From positions 2,400,001 through 2,464,000 of the forward strand of contig CBDDDZ010000005.1 in assembly GCA_965226795.1 (NCBI GenBank): a stretch of DNA of 64,000 bases, read 5' to 3'. Below are positions 20,019 through 29,146 of this stretch, one piece after another. The position numbers were made by a program, and so were the translations under genes. The notes beneath the pieces are model-generated. The model worked only from the letters and a program-made list of their open reading frames with translations. It made no database searches and was not told the origin of the DNA. The DNA comes from Candidatus Latescibacterota bacterium. GTDB lineage: Bacteria > Latescibacterota > UBA2968 > GCA-2709665. How positions within the stretch are numbered: the stretch's first letter is position 1; each line of letters opens with the position of its first letter.

Positions 20019-20741
20019 CTATTTCTTCAAATACGTATATTGCAGGCCATCCTTCGGCTGCCACCCCAGAATGCGCTTCGCTTTGTCGTTCAGAAACTGC
20101 CCGTGCGGGCGATCACCGAAAATATTGAATACCTCGCACCGCGAGGGCAATCGGTCCAGTTCAATGGTCAACCCCGGCAGGAACGCAGCGGCCGCGTCCC
20201 GCCACGATACCAGGAACGACCAGTCCCGAGCCGGCGCGGACGACGCGTCGTGATCCCGAAAGATGCAGAACAGGTAACACAACACGTAAACGTCGGAATG
20301 CAACGTAAAGATCCGACATATTTCCTGCCCCAATCCCTTCGAAAGCGCATACAGATTCGTACTGGGCTTCGGAGGCACATCCGGGCCAATGCCATAGTCC
20401 CAAGCGACGTAGGGGTCCCCCTGAACGGTAAAATGCGGTCCCGTGTTGATTACGCGCCGGACCCCATGCCTGACCGCTGCGCGCAGAATGTTGTAACACC
20501 CCAGCGTGTTCACGTCGAATGCGATCTTTCGATGCGGTCGCAGGACGGAAAGGTTGATGATCGCATCCATCCCTTCGGCCGCGCGCATTACGTCCTCGGG
20601 GTCCGCCACGTCCACGGGCATCATTTCATGGGGCGTTTCAAACGGCTCCAGATCCGTTATTCGCAGCGAAACGTGCCCCTCGAGGGCCTTCACCACATGG
20701 GGTCCCAACATGCCATTTCCGCCGTAAATTACGACTTTCAT
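20019..20741 (-). CDS. NAD-dependent epimerase/dehydratase (extended SDR), tandem copy B
   Basis: GGNGMLG and YALSK; close paralog of the adjacent gene. Confidence 0.9.
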   Translation of the reverse strand: MKVVIYGGNGMLGPHVVKALEGHVSLRITDLEPFETPHEMMPVDVADPEDVMRAAEGMDAIINLSVLRPHRKIAFDVNTLGCYNILRAAVRHGVRRVINTGPHFTVQGDPYVAWDYGIGPDVPPKPSTNLYALSKGLGQEICRIFTLHSDVYVLCYLFCIFRDHDASSAPARDWSFLVSWRDAAAAFLPGLTIELDRLPSRCEVFNIFGDRPHGQFLNDKAKRILGWQPKDGLQYTYLKK

Positions 20742-20769
20742 TTCGATCTCCAGCGTTGTTCGGATTTGA

Positions 20770-21504
20770 CTACATGAGTTTTTTCATGTACGTGTATTCC
20801 AGTCCATCCCGGGGCTGCCACCCCAGGATCCGCCTGGCCTTCCCGTTTTCAAAATGCCCGTGCGGTCGATCGCCGAGAATATCGAATACCTCGCACCGTG
20901 ACGGCAAACTCTCCAGTCCAATTTTCAACCCGGGGAGGAACGCGTCGGCAGCATCCCGCCACGTCACCATAAAAGACCGGTCATGAACCGGTTCCGAGGA
21001 CGCGTCGTGATCGCGAAAACTCCAGAACAGGTAACACAACACGTACACATCGAAGTTCGAGGTAAAAATCCGGCAAATCTCCTGGCCCAATCCCTTGGAC
21101 AGCGCGTACAGGTTCGTTCCGGGCTTAGGGGGCACATCCGGACCGATGTGATAGTCCCAGTCTACGTAGGATTCGCCCTGCACGGTAAAGTGCGGCCCCG
21201 TGTTGATGACTCGCCGGATCCCGTACTTAACCGCCGCGCGCATGACGTTGTAGCACCCCAGGGTATTCACGTCGAACGCAACTTTCCGATGCGGTCGCAG
21301 GACGGAAAGGTTGATGATCGCGTCCATCCCTTCGGCCGCGCGCATTACGTCCTCCGGATCCGCCACATCCACGGGCATCATTTCGTGGGGCGTTTCGAAC
21401 GGCTTCAGATCCGTTATCCGCAAGGCCACGTGACCCTCCAGGGCCTTCACCACGTGGGGCCCCAACATACCATTACCGCCGTAAATTACGACTTTCATTT
21501 CCAT
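20770..21504 (-). CDS. NAD-dependent epimerase/dehydratase (extended SDR), tandem copy A
   Basis: GGNGMLG and YALSK. Confidence 0.9.
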   Translation of the reverse strand: MEMKVVIYGGNGMLGPHVVKALEGHVALRITDLKPFETPHEMMPVDVADPEDVMRAAEGMDAIINLSVLRPHRKVAFDVNTLGCYNVMRAAVKYGIRRVINTGPHFTVQGESYVDWDYHIGPDVPPKPGTNLYALSKGLGQEICRIFTSNFDVYVLCYLFWSFRDHDASSEPVHDRSFMVTWRDAADAFLPGLKIGLESLPSRCEVFDILGDRPHGHFENGKARRILGWQPRDGLEYTYMKKLM

Positions 21505-21530
21505 CTCCAGCGTTGGTCAGATATCACTGC

Positions 21531-22175
21531 CTAAATACCCAGGGCTTTTTTGGCCTGGTCAATTGGAAACCTTGCGTTTTCGACTTCGGACTGCACGTGA
21601 AGCACTTGCCACATGGGCCCGTCTTTCGACAGTGCCATTGCAATGGCCCTGACCGCGTCTTCCACCGTCAACGCCATGTCGCCACCGTCACCGACATCGC
21701 CGAAACGCAAACAGGTCACGCGCAACGAGTGCTCCCGCGCGAACTCCCTGCAGGTGAATTCACCCAGGTACCTCGCCATTGGCGCGGCATCCGTTGACGG
21801 CCGCGGCGCCCACTGCTCCGTCACGTTCCAATTCGGATCACATGTCGCAAACAGGCTCAGAGAGCTGATGAAGACGATGTGGCCGACCTTTTTCTCCCGG
21901 GCGGCATGCAACAGATTATACGTGCACCTCGTCTGAAAGTCGATTTCGCGTTCTTCGCTCTTCAATCCTTCGGGCAACTCCGCGAGATGCACGATCGTAT
22001 CCATCCCATCCACCAGGGATTCCGTCTCTCCATCGTGGCCCAATTCACACTGAAGAAAGGCGAGATCCGTCGGCACGGCCACGACGTCCGTCAACGTCAC
22101 GTCGTGTTCCCGCGACAGATCCGCCGCCAATGCCGGAGCCAACGACGTCCCTCCTGAGGTAATCAGAACTTTCAT
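21531..22175 (-). CDS. Degenerate extended-SDR protein
   Basis: MKVLITS, IVHLA, TYNLL, FISS, CLRFG; lacks the canonical GxxGxxG and YxxxK. Confidence 0.75.
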   Translation of the reverse strand: MKVLITSGGTSLAPALAADLSREHDVTLTDVVAVPTDLAFLQCELGHDGETESLVDGMDTIVHLAELPEGLKSEEREIDFQTRCTYNLLHAAREKKVGHIVFISSLSLFATCDPNWNVTEQWAPRPSTDAAPMARYLGEFTCREFAREHSLRVTCLRFGDVGDGGDMALTVEDAVRAIAMALSKDGPMWQVLHVQSEVENARFPIDQAKKALGI

Positions 22176-22372
22176 AAATCGCGCTCCTGTTTTGGGAAGT
22201 TCGATAGCCGGTCCACCCGCACTCTACCCACATACAAATCGCTGAACGAATCCAGCGGAATATCGCACGGGCAGATATTGAAGTGATCGAAAACCAGTAA
22301 GCACCGCATCTGGAAAATCCGGGAAACGGCTCATGGACGATCCGATTCGCCGGCTGGATATTTGCCGTCGAA

Positions 22373-22696
22373 TTAAACGGCAACGACGCGTTGTTTTCCC
22401 GCGCCACTTTCTGACGGAATAATACGGATCTCTATATCTCGATTCAGGCGGGTAAGAAATGTCATCAATCGCTCAACGCTGTAATGATTGAACTTGCCCT
22501 TCTTTAGACGGGATATTTCCGGTTGCTTCACTCCTAAAACGTTTGCTGCCTCCGCCTGGGTGAGCTTCCGTTTCCCAATAATCTGAAACACTTCAAAACC
22601 AAGTGTTGCCTTGAGAAACAGTTCCTCCGCATCTGGTAGGTCCAGATCTTCAAACACCTTACCTGAGCTCTTTTCGATTTCAACCCTGTCGCTCAT
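22373..22696 (-). CDS. XRE/HTH antitoxin (HigA-like)
   Basis: SSGKVFEDLDLPDAEEL, LTQAEAA..LGVKQPEISRL, SVERL. Confidence 0.9.
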   Translation of the reverse strand: MSDRVEIEKSSGKVFEDLDLPDAEELFLKATLGFEVFQIIGKRKLTQAEAANVLGVKQPEISRLKKGKFNHYSVERLMTFLTRLNRDIEIRIIPSESGAGKQRVVAV

Positions 22697-23053
22697 AGTT
22701 CGCCTCCAGTTCCTGCGCCACTCTCATACGTCGCCTGATAAGATTGACATCTTTCACGGGAGTCTTATTTCCGCGCGTTGATTTTTTCTGAAAACAATGT
22801 AGTACATAAACCCTCGCTCCGATTTTCACTGCGTAGACCGCGCGATAAGTGTCCGTTCTGTGTTCCGCCCGTATCTCGAAAACTCCTGAGCCGACGCCCT
22901 GAATGGTTTGGCTTCGGGGGACATGCTTCCCGCCTGCGCAAAAAACAGAGCGTCACCGATATCCTTCTGAACCGGCGTCGGAAATTTTCTCAGTTTTTTC
23001 TTGGAATCCCCTAGCGACAAGACTTCTCTTAAATTTCCTCGTGCGCGAAACAT
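22680..23053 (-). pseudogene. RelE/HigB-like (Gp49/DUF891) toxin with a 1-nt deletion frameshift
   Basis: N-half ..LRKFP..DIGDALFFAQAG..AKPF; after a shift at ~22898 it reads GVGSGVFEI..DTYRAVY..VYVLHCFQKKS..TP to TGA at 22680. Confidence 0.85.
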
Positions 23054-23058
23054 CAATT

Positions 23059-23087
23059 ATTATAACCAACTGGCTATAAATTGTCAA
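23059..23087 (-). promoter_or_regulatory. Consensus sigma70 promoter with overlapping palindromic operator
   Basis: TTGACA-17 bp-TATAAT; TTATAGCCA-gt-TGGTTATAA palindrome at 23060-23079. Confidence 0.85.
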
Positions 23088-23187
23088 GAGTTTCGATAAA
23101 AACAGCGCCCGACAGACCCTTCCTGTAGAGGCAGGGTAGACACGATCAGATTAAAAAGATCCGGATGGTCGTTCAGGCATGGTTGGT

Positions 23188-23706
23188 TCACAGGTATTGA
23201 TAATACGTTACCTGAGGCTGGGCAATGTTGAATCCCGCTTTTTCATAGGCCCGGCGTGCGGGGGCGTGGCCCTCGTCCAAACCCGTCCCTACGGAAGCAA
23301 AACGAAGTCCTTCCGACCGAAAGCAGCCCAGGGCATATCGATACATCGCCGTACCGAGCCCCTTCCCCTGTGCTTCCGGCGCCACGGCATTATTCGTTAT
23401 TCTACCCAGGGATTTCCCCCGATCGATTGAAAACGTCAGGAATGCAACCACATTTCCGGTTTCCGTCGCAGCGACAACCCGGAACCACTCCGGATTCAAC
23501 TGCCAGTGACGGCGAACCGCGGCTGTTTTCTCTTGTTTCCAGTTCGCACACAGCACGGCGTGCATTCCTTCCCCCATAATCTCGGCGGTACTGGCGTGGA
23601 TCCTCTGCCACGCCTCGCGCGCGATCTCGCCCACCCGATCCATTTCCTCCCGTACCGCAGGCCGGATCCGGAATCCCGGGACGAGTTCAGAATGCGGGCC
23701 GTTCAT
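23188..23706 (-). CDS. GNAT family N-acetyltransferase
   Basis: NAVAPEAQGKGLG motif A, ARRAYEKAGF; RBS GGAGG. Confidence 0.88.
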   Translation of the reverse strand: MNGPHSELVPGFRIRPAVREEMDRVGEIAREAWQRIHASTAEIMGEGMHAVLCANWKQEKTAAVRRHWQLNPEWFRVVAATETGNVVAFLTFSIDRGKSLGRITNNAVAPEAQGKGLGTAMYRYALGCFRSEGLRFASVGTGLDEGHAPARRAYEKAGFNIAQPQVTYYQYL

Positions 23707-24001
23707 CTGTCCTCCAGGTGAACGATGGGTTTCACGATGAATGTTAACGAATATGCGTGCAGGATTGGGCCTGACACTTCCAACCGGGGTGTCAGGCGGC
23801 CACGATGGCGGCCTTTGTGCCGGCGGTGGACAGAAACACAATGGGAGCGCTGCCGGTCCCGGCTCCCATTGCGAAACGACCGCCTGGGCCAAACCGCTTC
23901 GCGCACCCGCCGCCAAATAACAAAACCGTTGACTTTCGTTAGAGAGCCGATATTTTGAATTCGACCCCTACAACCATAAAGGTACGGAAGGAGTACCCGA
24001 A

Positions 24002-24766
24002 ATGAAGCTTGGAATCGTCACCTACCAGATCGCCAAAGACTGGGATGTCCCCACACTGATCGACATGTGCCAAACCACGGGGATTCAGGGCGTTGAACTG
24101 CGCACCACCCACGCCCATGGCGTGGAAAACGACCTCTCGCCGGGCGAACGAAGCGCTGTCAGACGTCAGTTCGAAGACGCTGAAGTTGAAATCGTGGGCC
24201 TCGGAAGCGTCTACGAATACCATGCCCCGGATCCGGAGACGGTGCGTCAGAACATCGACGGGACCGTCGAAACCGCGAGACTCGCCGCGGATCTGGGTTG
24301 CCCGGGGGTGAAGGTGCGTCCCAACGGGCTGCAGACGGACAAAGGCATACCGGAAGAACAGACGCTTGAACAGATAGGGCTCGCCCTGAGAGAGTGTGGA
24401 GATGCCGCCGCCGGTCTAGGTGTCCGGATCCGCGTGGAGGTCCATGGACGGGACACCTGTAAACCCGTGCGCATGCGCACTATCATCGACCATGCCGACC
24501 ATGACAACGTCCATCTCTGCTGGAACTCCAACCCCCAGGACGTTGTCGACGGCTCGGTCAAATCGAGTTTCGACCTGCTGAAACACAAAATCGGGCTCGT
24601 GCATATCAATGAATTGCACAAATCCGAATACCCCTGGCGGGAACTCTTCGGCCTCCTGAAGGACGAAGGGTACGAGGGTTACACGCTGGCCGAAATCCCT
24701 ACCAGCCCGGAGCCGGAACGCCTGTTGCGCTACTACAGGGCGCTCTGGCAGGCGCTTATGGCCTAA
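24002..24766 (+). CDS. Sugar phosphate isomerase/epimerase (xylose-isomerase-like TIM barrel)
   Basis: GVELRT, VEVHG, VHINE, GYEGYTLAE. Confidence 0.85.
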   Translation: MKLGIVTYQIAKDWDVPTLIDMCQTTGIQGVELRTTHAHGVENDLSPGERSAVRRQFEDAEVEIVGLGSVYEYHAPDPETVRQNIDGTVETARLAADLGCPGVKVRPNGLQTDKGIPEEQTLEQIGLALRECGDAAAGLGVRIRVEVHGRDTCKPVRMRTIIDHADHDNVHLCWNSNPQDVVDGSVKSSFDLLKHKIGLVHINELHKSEYPWRELFGLLKDEGYEGYTLAEIPTSPEPERLLRYYRALWQALMA

Positions 24767-24837
24767 TCCGATGTGCAGCCGCGACCGGCGCGTTGACGCG
24801 CCGGCCCGTGCTTTGGTCCCGCCAGTCAGTGTTTTCT

Positions 24838-26742
24838 CTACAGGCCGGGCACCTGGAAGCTCCAGACTTCCGAACTGTGGGTGAAATAGAGCCGGCCTTT
24901 GTGTATTACGATTCCCGCGTTCGCGTTTACCGGGGGCTTACCCAGAAGGCTGTGTTCGAACGAGCCCGGCTCAATACGAACGATCGCGTTGCGAAACAGC
25001 GCATAGATCTTATTGTCAGGTCCCGTCGCCAGGATTCTGGGGGCCTGTTGGCCCGCGAGATCGCCGTAAGGCAGTTTCTCCTCGCTGTGAACGACCTTCC
25101 ACGATTCAGGGTCGAACACGAAAAAGGCGGATCCGGAGGCCATGCCGTAGATCAATCCGTCCGGGCCCAGGATCATGTCTCGAATCTCCGTGGCGCCGGG
25201 TACAACCGCATCGCGAAACAGCACGCGTTTTTCATCCGGATCCAGAACGTACAACTCGGCCTCCTTCGCGTGCGCCTCTCCACCGGTGCCAGGGCTGATC
25301 GTGGTACCACCCACGAGATTACCGTCGGACAATGCCACCAAAGAAACCGTGCTGTGATCGGGAAGCAGATCCTCGTGCGTCAGCAGCGTGTGGTTCTCCG
25401 TTTCCGTATCCCAGATCAGCATCCCCCCGCCCGTCAATCCATACCCAGGCGTACCCGTCATGACCAGCCGCCGGCCGTCCGGATGCGCCAGCAGCGCGTG
25501 CGGCCGGATAATCGTCGGACTCACCGAAATCAGAACCCTCGGGTTCGGATCCGCCGTTGCCTGATCGTCCCATGGCCGAAACGGATCGTATTCCCAGAGC
25601 CTGCCGCCCGAATACTCCCCGCAATAGACCTTTCCACCTTGCACCGCAAGCGCGTTCAGATGTCCGCTCAGATCCCAGAGACCCCGGTGAATAAACGTAT
25701 CCGCCTCGGCATCGTACGAATAGAACCGCAACGGATGCCCGGTCGAGCCGTGAATTTTGCCATCCGGGCCTTCCGCGATGGACAGAATGTGTGATCCGGC
25801 TGATTCGTAGTCGATATCCAACCGCCTCACCGTTCCCGCCTCCCTGATCTCGACGAATTTCTCAGGCAGGTTGATTGCTTCCAGCGTCCAGCCATGGGGG
25901 AAATTGTCCAGAATCGCTTCCTGGCTGCCGGCCAGAATCGGCTGCTCGTCGGCAGGAGCGTTTACGGGCGACACCGCCCCTTCAAACAATGCCCACCAGG
26001 GTCCCTCGCTGAATGGTCTACCGTACACCTTTCCATCCATCCCCCGGTAAACCGTGGATGCGCCGTGCTGACGTTCCGACTCGGGAACCAACGCGGCGCG
26101 CTCGCGGGTTTTCGGATTGAACGCCACGATCTGTCCGCGCGTCGCGCCGATACCCGCGTAAACCCATCCGGAACTGTCCACCGCGATTGTACGGGGATAC
26201 TGAGGCCAGTTTTCATGGTTGAGCGGTCCATAGTCTGTCAGTTCTCCTGTATCCGGATCGAAGCTCAGCAATTCGCAGTTCGGATACGCGGACGTCCAGA
26301 CCACGCCGCTATCGTCTTCCGTAAACGACATGGCGAAATTCGGTGGCGCGTCGGACCAGAACGTGAAGCGACGTGATTGGGCGTCGAACTCCACGAACTT
26401 ATCGAAATATGAATAGAACCGGTTCCGCTTGGACAGTAGCACCGCAAACGGTGTGGAGGCCATCCCGAACGGGGTCGGAATCTGTTCCACCTGCCCTGAG
26501 CGGGCATCGATCACGAGAATGGACCCGCAGCCCCGATGATCCATCGGCCACGCCAGAACAATCGGCCGCCCTTCACCGTCGACGGTTGCCGCCACCCCGC
26601 GCGCACGGGAAACCGGCGCCGCAACGCCATGACACCTGAACCCTTCACCGATATCACGAGTCCCGGCGATAGCCGGACGCTTGATTGTCAGCAAAAGGGC
26701 CATTAACAATGTGGCAAATGCCACGAATGGGACGAGGCTCAT
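24838..26742 (-). CDS. Beta-propeller repeat protein, probably exported
   Basis: Hydrophobic N-terminus; repeated GxDGK(V/I)(Y/H)G and (Y/F)DP blade motifs. Confidence 0.75.
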   Translation of the reverse strand: MSLVPFVAFATLLMALLLTIKRPAIAGTRDIGEGFRCHGVAAPVSRARGVAATVDGEGRPIVLAWPMDHRGCGSILVIDARSGQVEQIPTPFGMASTPFAVLLSKRNRFYSYFDKFVEFDAQSRRFTFWSDAPPNFAMSFTEDDSGVVWTSAYPNCELLSFDPDTGELTDYGPLNHENWPQYPRTIAVDSSGWVYAGIGATRGQIVAFNPKTRERAALVPESERQHGASTVYRGMDGKVYGRPFSEGPWWALFEGAVSPVNAPADEQPILAGSQEAILDNFPHGWTLEAINLPEKFVEIREAGTVRRLDIDYESAGSHILSIAEGPDGKIHGSTGHPLRFYSYDAEADTFIHRGLWDLSGHLNALAVQGGKVYCGEYSGGRLWEYDPFRPWDDQATADPNPRVLISVSPTIIRPHALLAHPDGRRLVMTGTPGYGLTGGGMLIWDTETENHTLLTHEDLLPDHSTVSLVALSDGNLVGGTTISPGTGGEAHAKEAELYVLDPDEKRVLFRDAVVPGATEIRDMILGPDGLIYGMASGSAFFVFDPESWKVVHSEEKLPYGDLAGQQAPRILATGPDNKIYALFRNAIVRIEPGSFEHSLLGKPPVNANAGIVIHKGRLYFTHSSEVWSFQVPGL

Positions 26743-26844
26743 GTGGGATAGTCCTTTCGATCGCGGCCTTGCAAGCCGCCAGATTCACGTCCGTTCATGA
26801 AATTATGGCCCGCCAAATCGCCGGCCGTTTCAGGCTTGTTGCCA

Positions 26845-27744
26845 TCACCCATCCAGGATCCCGACCTCCGCAGCCTCCAGGTCTGCCCGCATTCTCCTGG
26901 AGACGTCTTCTCCAAGCGGCCGCGTGGGCGGGATCGGATTTCCGCAGTCGACTCCCTGCCAGCGCAGAATCTCTCGAATACTCGCCGTTCCCCCATAGGC
27001 CAAACCGATGCGGATCACGCGGTTCACCTCCTGCTGGAGTCCACGTGCGGAATCGAAGTCTCCGGATTGAACGGCCTCGTAGATCTTCACGAAAAGACCC
27101 GGCATCACATTGTAAAACCCGCCGATTCCCGCCTGCGCGCCCATCGCCAACCCTGCCAGCAGGACCTCGTCGTGCCCGTTAAACACGTGGGGCCTGGAAG
27201 GACCGTTCAATATCCCCTCCATCAGATAGAGATTATGATCGGTAAACTTCAAGCCGGCGACGTCGCGGATGCTCAGAAGCCGTTCCATCTCGTCGAGCGC
27301 AAAACTCCGGTGCGTCACAACTGGGATATAATATACGAACACCGGCAGTCCGGCTCCGGCTTCGGCGATGGCCGTATAATAGGCCAGAACATCGGTGAAG
27401 CCGTACCCCTGCACATAGGGCGGCAAACTGGAGATCCCGTCGACCCCCTGGGACGCGGCATGCGCTGCCAGTTCAACCGCGTCGCTCTCGGCGGGCGCCC
27501 CGACATGCACGATTACTTTACCGCACTGCGCGGACATCTTAACGGCCACTTCGGCCGCCAGCTTCCTGTCCGCCGCGGACATCAGATATCCCTCGCCCGT
27601 ATTCCCGCACACGTAGAGTCCCTGCGCACCCTCAACGTAAAACCGGTCGATCAACCGCTCGAACGCGGCCACCCCAAACCCGCCGTCCGCATCTCGTGGA
27701 CTTACAATTGCCGGAAAGATCCCGTCGAAGCCACCGTGCGCCAT
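26845..27744 (-). CDS. DHDPS / N-acetylneuraminate lyase family aldolase
   Basis: GLYVCGNTGEG, VIVHVG, YYIP, GLKFT, GAQAGIG. Confidence 0.9.
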   Translation of the reverse strand: MAHGGFDGIFPAIVSPRDADGGFGVAAFERLIDRFYVEGAQGLYVCGNTGEGYLMSAADRKLAAEVAVKMSAQCGKVIVHVGAPAESDAVELAAHAASQGVDGISSLPPYVQGYGFTDVLAYYTAIAEAGAGLPVFVYYIPVVTHRSFALDEMERLLSIRDVAGLKFTDHNLYLMEGILNGPSRPHVFNGHDEVLLAGLAMGAQAGIGGFYNVMPGLFVKIYEAVQSGDFDSARGLQQEVNRVIRIGLAYGGTASIREILRWQGVDCGNPIPPTRPLGEDVSRRMRADLEAAEVGILDG

Positions 27745-28045
27745 CCAACCTCCTCAGCCGATACCGCTTCACATGTGAATCGAATCCAAATATGCCGAGG
27801 CCGACAAGGAAAGTCAAGCGGATGCGCCGGTACCCCGGTAGTTCCCGGGGTTACCGCGCGGATGCCGGACGACACGCGAAAAAACCGGCCTGTGACCAGA
27901 TCGGCTTCTGAAGAGCGTGCTCGCGCATCTTTGAATAGTGGATCCATTTCGGACATTTACATTTGTGCGGAGCCGGGACCGTTGTCCCTTTGAGTTTATT
28001 ACGAGGAGGGGAAATAGTCGACGGTTTTTCCCTCCGTTTCAAACC

Positions 28046-28244
28046 AGGATGTAAACCATACGGTGTTCCCCGAACCTGTGGCCCTTAGCCGCTCCCTGAG
28101 CCTGTCGAAGGGTCGAAGGGTCGGCGACGGGATGGCTAAGGGGACCGAACGGGTGTCGAAACGCGCATTTCGACGAGCTCAATGAACGTAATTCGACAAG
28201 CTCAACTGCTGCAGCGGAGGATGTAAACTATAGGTTGTTCCACG
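28046..28244 (+). repeat. REP-like element, copy 2, flanked by 27-bp imperfect direct repeats
   Basis: ccctgagcctgtcgaaggg...ttcgacaagctcaa between aggatgtaaaccatacggtgttccccg (28046-28072) and aggatgtaaactataggttgttccacg (28218-28244). Confidence 0.8.
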
Positions 28245-28290
28245 TAATATGTCATCACACTTCGAATCTGATCGCAAAATGCCCGCGGGA

Positions 28291-28865
28291 CTACAGATCC
28301 TTGTACCAGGTCAGTTCCACCTCGTCGAGACCCTCGGCACGGTAGGCGTAGAGATGGACCTTGCCCAGCGTGGCGCCCATGCGCGCGTAGAAGCGGCAGG
28401 CGGCGACGTTGATGTTCTGGTTTTCAATTTTCAACTGGATGCAGCCCCGGCTCCGGGCGCAGGCTTCGACGCGATGAAAGAGTGCCTTGCCGACGCCCCG
28501 TCTTCGATATTCCGGGCTGACGCGAATGTCCCACAAGCCCGCGAGGTCTTCGCGCCCTTCGCAGTAGTTCAAGCCATCGACGTGAAACGCGATGATCGCG
28601 CCGCCAATTCGCTCTTTCTCCCGGAATGCGCCCAAAAAATCCAGTTCGAGAGCTCCCACGATCTCCGCGTCCAGCGCTCGGGGCCATCGGGGTTGTCGTA
28701 GTTCTTGATATACGGCGAACTCAAGGCTTCTTCGACCAGCCGGATTCCCCCCAGGCCATCGGATACGTGTTCCACGCAAAAGCGGCTCTTCACTTCGAAG
28801 GCGATGGGCACCTGGCCGTATTCGGACAGGACATCGGTGGATTCTTCCTGTATGTGGAAGTCCAT
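28291..28865 (-). pseudogene. GNAT acetyltransferase (streptothricin-acetyltransferase-like), frameshifted at a T6 run
   Basis: N-half MDFHIQ..PYIKNYD..SNWIF joins the C-half LGAF..DIRVSPEYRRRGVG..ENQNINVAACRFY if one T is added at 28634-28639. Confidence 0.82.
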
Positions 28866-29146
28866 TGGCGTTTCGGTCTCCTCGATCGCCCGCCTCAGAC
28901 CGCCTCGCGGACGCGTTCCGTCAGGGCGCTACTGTTTAGTTTAACCCATTTCGAATAACCATCGAGCATCAAGCGGAACGGATAAGCATTTTAATGGCTA
29001 TCATTCCTGAGCACCCCGGACGAAGAATCGGAATCTCGGGTCAAAAAACTCGATCATACATAACCTGTTAATTTCATTGCATTTTCTGTGTTCTTTGTCT
29101 ATTTTCCGTCTTGCGTTTTCACACAACGGTTCAAGGCATTCCTATA

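Noticed and set aside
28046..28244. CRISPR array (gtgttccccg resembles part of a type I-E repeat)
   Set aside because: Only two imperfect units 145 bp apart, and no cas genes
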